Part shown: one piece after another, positions 58,140 to 64,000 of the stretch | How the letters are laid out: every line of letters starts with the position of its first letter | How positions within the stretch are numbered: position 1 is the stretch's first letter | IMG/VR virus record: IMGVR_UViG_3300010885_015027 | Coordinates: 1 to 64,000 of that record | Strand: one strand, 5' to 3' | DNA length: 64,000 bases | Source: a virus | Program-made: the position numbers and the translations under genes | Notes under the pieces: generated by a model | Databases searched by the model: none | Seen by the model: the letters and a program-made list of their open reading frames with translations, nothing else | What the model was told of the DNA's origin: nothing

Positions 58140-58643
58140 ATGACATTCGAAGATTTGAAATCTACTTTTCCTGACGCTACTCTTGAGACGTGGCATGTTC
58201 ATACTAACGGAGGAGGCTGGGTTCAGAATACTGCTACGGTCACTGATAGTGCCTACGTTGGTCCTGACGCAGTGGTCTCTGGGAACGCTCAGGTCTCTGG
58301 GAACGCTCAGGTCTCTGGAGACGCTAAGGTTTTTGGGGACGCAGAGGTCTCTGAGAACGCATTGGTCTATGGGAAAGCAATGGTCTTTGAGAACGCATTG
58401 GTCTTTGAGAACGCTATGGTCTTTGAGAACGCTATGGTCTTTGAGAACGCAATGGTCTCTGGGAATGCTCGGGTCTTTGGGGACGCTGATGTCTGTGGGA
58501 ACGCAGTGGTTTATGGGAACGCAGTGGTTTATGGGAGATCTCGGGTCGCTGGGAACGCATTGGTCTCAGGATTCGCTCAGGTCTCTGGGAACGCAGTGGT
58601 CTCTGGGAGATCTCGTGTCTGTGGGAACGAAATTATTAATTGA
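58140..58643 (+). CDS. hexapeptide-repeat protein, paralog 5
   Basis: Same cap and repeats; leaderless. Confidence 0.85.
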   Translation: MTFEDLKSTFPDATLETWHVHTNGGGWVQNTATVTDSAYVGPDAVVSGNAQVSGNAQVSGDAKVFGDAEVSENALVYGKAMVFENALVFENAMVFENAMVFENAMVSGNARVFGDADVCGNAVVYGNAVVYGRSRVAGNALVSGFAQVSGNAVVSGRSRVCGNEIIN

Positions 58644-58646
58644 TCT

Positions 58647-58701
58647 ATATCTCCTTTGTTTTCAACGGCTCCTTGCAAGTGACTGATTCAGAAGGAGATA
58701 T
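58647..58701. repeat. 55-bp palindrome
   Basis: Same family as 3185-3239. Confidence 0.9.
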
Positions 58702-58751
58702 TCTTTCGAGGCCTCCTTGCTATTGATGTTCCACTAAGGTATAATGGTTCT

Positions 58752-59012
58752 ATGAGTATGAATGACGTATTAATTCCCAAAACTTTCACGATGACTTCTG
58801 GTTTGGGCGGCGATCGTGACAATATGTTGAATTTTATCTGTTTCAACATCGATGGAGAGTTGGCAATGAGTTGGTATTCGGACGATGATGCGTTGTATAT
58901 CTTTCTCGATAAAGATGGTACGACTAGAATCGATGCTGTTAAAATTAAAAATGTGAAAAGTTCTATTGGGGCGATTCGATATTTCACCAAATATTTCAAA
59001 AATATTCTCTAG
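58752..59012 (+). CDS. leaderless cassette ORF
   Basis: Promoter 58717-58745 is identical to 36394-36422. Confidence 0.7.
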   Translation: MSMNDVLIPKTFTMTSGLGGDRDNMLNFICFNIDGELAMSWYSDDDALYIFLDKDGTTRIDAVKIKNVKSSIGAIRYFTKYFKNIL

Positions 59013-59469
59013 TCAGTCAAAGATTGATTTGACTTATAAAATATTCACGATACAATCATAATTAGGAGAATGGATTTATGTTGCTATTTAAGACCAAGAC
59101 GGTAGCTGTAGACGATCTCGCCGAGATTACTTTTCTTCTGGAGAGCGGATGGGATCTTGACGTCGAGAATTCTGATGAGACTGTAGTTTTGTTCTCACGG
59201 GAGATGTAATTCGGCTGAAATGTAGTTGACAAAATTTCCTGGATAGGCTATAATGACTATATGATGACTTTCAAAGATATGAAGATTATGGACAAGATGA
59301 AACCAGAACAATTGGATCGAGTGATCTGCGATGATATCGAAGAAGAATATTCTCAAGATCAATACGATGATTATTATTGGAAACCACCTCGCTAACTGAT
59401 TTTTGGGTTCCAAATTGATTTTCTGAAAATGTATTTGACATTTACCTTGCGATAAGGTATAATAGTATT

Positions 59470-59889
59470 ATGAGTGATCTGAAAATAAACAGGATTTTCG
59501 ACATTTTACGAGAAGTGGCAATTGCCACTCCTAAAGTTGCTGGTGCCAGGGTATCGGCTGCTATTGTTATCAAAAACAAAATTATTTCTATTGGTGTAAA
59601 TTCTCTAAAATCGTCTCCCTTACAGGCAAAATATGCAGCTAATAAAAATTTATCTATTTTCCTTCATGCTGAAATTGCAGCAATTAAAAATGCGCTACGC
59701 AAATTGGATGTAGAAGACTTTTCTAAATCTTCTCTTTATATCTGTCGTATGAAAAAAGATATATACGATAATCGAATGATTCATGGACTTGCGAAACCTT
59801 GTCCTGGTTGCCGTCGAGCAATCGCAGAATTTAATATTAAGAGATCTTTCTATTCTCTAGATAATTATGGATGGGAGGAAGTGGCGTGA
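59470..59889 (+). CDS. CMP/dCMP-type zinc deaminase-family protein
   Basis: LHAEIAAI, AKPCPGC. Confidence 0.85.
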   Translation: MSDLKINRIFDILREVAIATPKVAGARVSAAIVIKNKIISIGVNSLKSSPLQAKYAANKNLSIFLHAEIAAIKNALRKLDVEDFSKSSLYICRMKKDIYDNRMIHGLAKPCPGCRRAIAEFNIKRSFYSLDNYGWEEVA

Positions 59890-60803
59890 TCTATCCTGGA
59901 TATTGTTGTATGAATCTGACTTTACAGAATTCTTTGTCCATCATGACTAATCGGACTATGCGACGAGCCACCCTCTTAGAGAAAGGTATCCGATACGCAT
60001 CTGATCTTATTGTTGAGAATGTTTCAGATCTTGTGAGAATTGTTGATTGGAACGGTCAAAATAATATTAAGAATTTCCGAATGTCTTCTAATATGTTTCC
60101 TTGGGCTTCCGAGTACAAACTAGAAGATCTCCCTAAATGGGATAAGATCAAAAATACTCTTCTAGAAATCGGATCTCTTGCGAAAGAATATGATATGCGA
60201 TTATCTTTCCATCCTGGTCCATTTGTGAAGCTAGCTTCTGCGAAAGAAACAGTTGTCCATAATTCCATCAAAGAATTAGAGATCCATGATTCCATTATGA
60301 ATCATATGGGTCTCCAAGCAAGTGATTTTTATCCTATCAATATACATGTAGGAATGTCCTATTCAGAAAAAGTCTCTGATAGATTTTGCGCAGCTTATCT
60401 TCGTTTATCTGATACTATGCAGAAGAGATTGGTTGTAGAAAATGATGACAAGCCAGCATCATATTCAATATCTGATCTATTTCTAGATATCCATTCGAAA
60501 ATTAATATTCCTGTTACGTTTGATTTTTTTCACCATTCCTTATATAATGGTCGTGACGATTGGAGATTAACTGAAGAAGAAGCTTTTTCTATGGCTGGTT
60601 CGACTTGGAAATCTATTCCTCTGTTTCATTATTCTGAATCGAAAGCCCTACACGAAAGTATTAACTGTAATCGTACTGCACATTCGGATTATATAAATAC
60701 ACTGCCTACAGATTATGGTGAAGATATCTATCTAGATATAGAAGCAAAAGCAAAAGAATTAGCTCTAATAAAGGTTTTACAGGAGAATATGCAATGCAAG
60801 TAA
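59886..60803 (+). CDS. uvsE: UV damage endonuclease
   Basis: GYCCMN, FRMSS.MFPW, RLSFHPG, INIHVG, RLVVENDD, FD.FHH, HYSES, AHSD, IEAKAKE. Confidence 0.93.
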   Translation: MIYPGYCCMNLTLQNSLSIMTNRTMRRATLLEKGIRYASDLIVENVSDLVRIVDWNGQNNIKNFRMSSNMFPWASEYKLEDLPKWDKIKNTLLEIGSLAKEYDMRLSFHPGPFVKLASAKETVVHNSIKELEIHDSIMNHMGLQASDFYPINIHVGMSYSEKVSDRFCAAYLRLSDTMQKRLVVENDDKPASYSISDLFLDIHSKINIPVTFDFFHHSLYNGRDDWRLTEEEAFSMAGSTWKSIPLFHYSESKALHESINCNRTAHSDYINTLPTDYGEDIYLDIEAKAKELALIKVLQENMQCK

Positions 60804-61036
60804 CTTATTCTGATAATTATTTCTCGATCTACACGAAAGAGTCTCTTTCGGTCAGGATCAAGACTAACGAAACGACTTTTGACGAGATTCTATCATTATT
60901 CTTACCCACATCTCAAACTGAAGGGAAGAAGAAATCGAACAAGATTAGATTCTATTAAGATCTTCCGTCTTTAATCCACTTATTGCTATAAATATTTCTG
61001 TTAGAGTTCGAGTCCACAAATTAAATGAGGATACTA

Positions 61037-61615
61037 ATGGAAAATAATAATTCACAATCAGACATTCCTAAGATTTATATTTCATTTGAAGGTGCGGGAT
61101 ATTATTTACTTTCGGGTGAGATAGAAAACGAAAATACTTCTGATGCAATTAAATATATTGTAGAAAGAAATTTCAATTTTCGTGTTCTTAAAGAATCTAC
61201 TGAAATTCGAATGATGATTAATTCGATTGGCGGAGATCTGTGCTCCGGATTCGCTTTAATTGATGTGATGAAATCTTCTGAAATCGATATAGCAACTTTC
61301 GGTCTTGGAACAATTGCTTCTGCGGGACTCACGATTTTTATGGCAGGTAAGAAAGGAAAGAGATTTGTTACTCAGAATACATCTATTCTCTCACACCAAT
61401 TCTCCTGGGGATCGTATGGAAAAGAACATGAATTGTATGCAAGAAATAAGGAGTTTGAATTAACTACTAGCAGAATGCTTAATCATTATAAGAAGTGCAC
61501 AGGAATGAATGAAAAGAAGATCAGAGAAATTCTGCTTCCCCCGCATGATGTTTGGTTATCCGCAGAAGAAGCAGTAAAGTATGGAATTGCCGATAAGATC
61601 GTAGATTGGTACTAA
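61037..61615 (+). CDS. clpP: ClpP-family protease
   Basis: INSIGG, IASAG (Ser), SHQ (His), DVWLSAEEAVKYGIAD (Asp). Confidence 0.9.
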   Translation: MENNNSQSDIPKIYISFEGAGYYLLSGEIENENTSDAIKYIVERNFNFRVLKESTEIRMMINSIGGDLCSGFALIDVMKSSEIDIATFGLGTIASAGLTIFMAGKKGKRFVTQNTSILSHQFSWGSYGKEHELYARNKEFELTTSRMLNHYKKCTGMNEKKIREILLPPHDVWLSAEEAVKYGIADKIVDWY

Positions 61616-61620
61616 AAGAC

Positions 61621-61643
61621 TGAGAAGCTCCCGGAGCTTCTCA
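61621..61643. terminator. hairpin between convergent genes
   Basis: TGAGAAGCTC..GAGCTTCTCA. Confidence 0.6.
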
Positions 61644-61768
61644 TCATACTTATAGATTTAATCTAATCATAATTTAAAGTGTAGTAATCGTCTTTTGGAG
61701 CAAATTTTGATGCGCCCAATTTGACGGTTTGTTTTTTAAAATCTTACCAATGAGGTAAGACACCATCT

Positions 61769-62245
61769 TCATATATTTTTAATACTATTCTGTTTTTTTC
61801 CGAAAGCGCCTCTGAAGCTGCTTGTTTTTAACCAGTTAAGAAAATCGTTCACCATCTGAAGATCTTGTTTGAATGGTGTACCATCTTTATATTTATCAAT
61901 AATCTTGGATCGATCCATCGCTCCACCTAGTCCACCGGCACCGACTGGCACGCCGTGAATGAAGTCAAAATAATCGTCATTAGACAGCTTGTTTTCAATA
62001 CGCTCCGCCGCAGCGCTAACCTTTTTATAATCAGAATATGATTTGTTCCGAGGAATACTCGATGGATGAGGTACATACCCTCCTGTCCTTTCGATCATGT
62101 CTTCAATACTTGAGTTACCATCGTCATCGTCATCTTCTTCTTTCATAACTTCTTCAACAATCGATCTGATATAAGCTTTGAGATCTGTATCGGTCGATTC
62201 TGTGATTACCTTGAGATAATCTTTTCTGAAATTTTCTAGGTTCAT
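61769..62245 (-). CDS. putative head-internal protein (MNLENFRKDYLKVITES family)
   Basis: Leader identical in three tandem genes. Confidence 0.7.
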   Translation of the reverse strand: MNLENFRKDYLKVITESTDTDLKAYIRSIVEEVMKEEDDDDDGNSSIEDMIERTGGYVPHPSSIPRNKSYSDYKKVSAAAERIENKLSNDDYFDFIHGVPVGAGGLGGAMDRSKIIDKYKDGTPFKQDLQMVNDFLNWLKTSSFRGAFGKKQNSIKNI

Positions 62246-62254
62246 ATAGGATGC

Positions 62255-63121
62255 CTAAGTGTTGACTGCCCAATTCAAGAATTTGCTTGCGTCATCAAGA
62301 TTAGTAATTGATTTATAGTCGAAAAGTATTTGTTCCTGATCATCTTCATCGCCGTCAATGAAGTCATTATATTTTTCCTTAGATATCTTGTTACTAAGAG
62401 TCTTTAATGCAACTTCAATCTCGTCAAGATTGAAGTCCATCATTTCCTCCGACGATCCTCCAATCATGTCAAGAATGTTGACATCATTTGAGTCATAGCC
62501 TGTCACCTTTTCGAGAGCGGCTATAGTGAACGGGATCGGCCCTGGATAAGTATCTGCAAAAAGATCGCCATCATGTGCTTCAGTGAGTCTCGATCTCAAC
62601 TTAGATAAGACGGTCTCATCTTTAGGATTTTTTTCTAGAGCATTTTCCATTCTATCTAGATCGGATTCTTTCGCGGACATCTTTAGTGATAACTTGTTTT
62701 TTCCTGATAGTGTATTTACTGCTTTAAGAATAAAAGGATAATTTCCAGCACTAATAGTATGTTTCTCAGAAACATTATAATTTTTAGACTGTACTCCTTC
62801 TCCAAGTGTGTCTTTAGTGAGTTTTTTCAAGTTATCTAAGACTTTCTGTAGAGCATTTTCCATTCTATCTAGATCGGATTCTTTCGCGGACATATTTATT
62901 GATAACTTCTTTTTTCCTGATTGTGTATTTACTGCGTTAAGAATAAGAGGATAATTTCCAGCATGAATATTATGTTTCTTAGAAACATTATAATCTTTAG
63001 ACTTTACTCCTTCTGTAAGTGTGTCTTCTACGACTGATCTGACATATTTTCTAAGATTCGCATCAACTGTCGATTCTGTGATTACCTTGAGATAATCTTT
63101 TCTGAAATTTTCTAGGTTCAT
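62255..63121 (-). CDS. putative head-internal protein with internal duplication
   Basis: Same leader; EGV.SK.YNVS.KH...SAKESDLDRMENAL x2. Confidence 0.7.
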   Translation of the reverse strand: MNLENFRKDYLKVITESTVDANLRKYVRSVVEDTLTEGVKSKDYNVSKKHNIHAGNYPLILNAVNTQSGKKKLSINMSAKESDLDRMENALQKVLDNLKKLTKDTLGEGVQSKNYNVSEKHTISAGNYPFILKAVNTLSGKNKLSLKMSAKESDLDRMENALEKNPKDETVLSKLRSRLTEAHDGDLFADTYPGPIPFTIAALEKVTGYDSNDVNILDMIGGSSEEMMDFNLDEIEVALKTLSNKISKEKYNDFIDGDEDDQEQILFDYKSITNLDDASKFLNWAVNT

Positions 63122-63250
63122 ATATACTCCTGTTATTTTTTATTTTTTTTAAACTTCACTATCAAAAACTATTTTATAAGTTTTTTGTTGGAAACCAGCT
63201 TTTTCTGCATCAACTGGTATTACTAGGATGCTTGTGTGATGTGAAATTGT

Positions 63251-63655
63251 CTAGTTATCCATTAAATAATTTAAGAAATCGTTTGCTAGGTTAAGATTGT
63301 CAATATTATTATATTTTGAAAGTAATTTTTTCTGGGCCTGATATTGCATGCCGCCAATGAATTCCTTATATTCATCCTTCATCTCTTTTTTAGCAGCTTT
63401 CAATGCGGCTTCAATCTTGACGAGATCATATTCCGTAGGAATCATAGAGACGTTAATAAATGCACCTGGCATCATAACATCGACAGCGGCAGCAGTTTCT
63501 TTACCTATCTTTGCGTATCCTGGTTTATCGGCCGCATGCATACGACCTTCTCTCATTACTTCTTCAACAATCGATCTGATATAAGCTTTGAGATCTGTAT
63601 CGGTCGATTCTGTGATTACCTTGAGATAATCTTTTCTGAAATTTTCTAGGTTCAT
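63251..63655 (-). CDS. putative head-internal protein
   Basis: Same leader; first 34 aa identical to the 61769-62245 protein. Confidence 0.7.
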   Translation of the reverse strand: MNLENFRKDYLKVITESTDTDLKAYIRSIVEEVMREGRMHAADKPGYAKIGKETAAAVDVMMPGAFINVSMIPTEYDLVKIEAALKAAKKEMKDEYKEFIGGMQYQAQKKLLSKYNNIDNLNLANDFLNYLMDN

Positions 63656-63679
63656 AAATTTTTATATTTTCTCCTATTC

Positions 63680-64000
63680 TTATTTAGGTATTTTCAGAAT
63701 TCTACCAGGAAAGAATCCTGGTGGACTGTCATTTGGAAGGCACCTGATAGTCACTAGAGTTATGGGATTATGGAACCAGCGGGTGCCGATAGCAGATTTA
63801 ACGAATGAGTTTTTTTGTTTTTGGGAACGATTAATATTATATTCTGCTATTTTTCGTTTAGTTTCTTCAGAATGCGATTTCCCTCTAAAATTTCCAGGAC
63901 CAGGTTTACCTTTCTTTGATTCAGAAATTTTCTTTCTCGCGTCTTCTGAGTGCGTTTTACCGTAGAAATGATTGTTGTCACCAGATTTCTTTTCAGACAT
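63680..64000 (-). mobile_element. NUMOD3 homing endonuclease, C-terminal part
   Basis: NNHFYGKTHSEDARKKIS, GKSHSEETKRKI, RWFHN..GFFPGR. Confidence 0.75.

Noticed and set aside
57482-58701. CRISPR array or true integron attC array
   Set aside because: The intervals are whole genes of unequal length; no cas or intI gene in the window and no canonical attC core ends
1-64000. Stop-codon reassignment
   Set aside because: Core genes are full length in the standard code and end in TAA, TAG and TGA

Overview
This 64 kb window comes from a large, AT-rich T4-like myophage (standard genetic code). It carries the T4 core: ligase 30, uvsY, uvsW, 33, 59, 32, pseT, 43, uvsX, 41, rnlA, 46, 47 and 55. Auxiliary genes include dCMP deaminase, phoH, dut, guaC, hsp20, thioredoxin, a GH19 lysin, uvsE, clpP and a Clp ATPase. 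It also has three homing-endonuclease genes, two tRNAs and a circularly permuted tmRNA. Four features stand out. (1) A cluster of genes (43973-54707 and 61769-63655) encodes proteins that start with T4 capsid-targeting-like leaders. Several look like polyproteins cut at [ILV]-x-E linkers, and they carry Acb1, a (p)ppGpp-hydrolase-like HD domain, a nucleotidyltransferase and a Cys-His-Asp enzyme. This suggests a modular anti-defence payload injected from the virion. (2) Early genes are built as cassettes: a 55-bp palindrome with IHF-like half-sites, a sigma70 promoter and a leaderless ORF. Two domain families occur both in these cassettes and in the putative packaged proteins. (3) The permuted tmRNA, ClpP and an IGF-loop Clp ATPase could form a phage tag-and-degrade pathway. 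(4) The tRNA-Thr has a class II long variable arm. All calls come from reading motifs by eye; no database searches were run.
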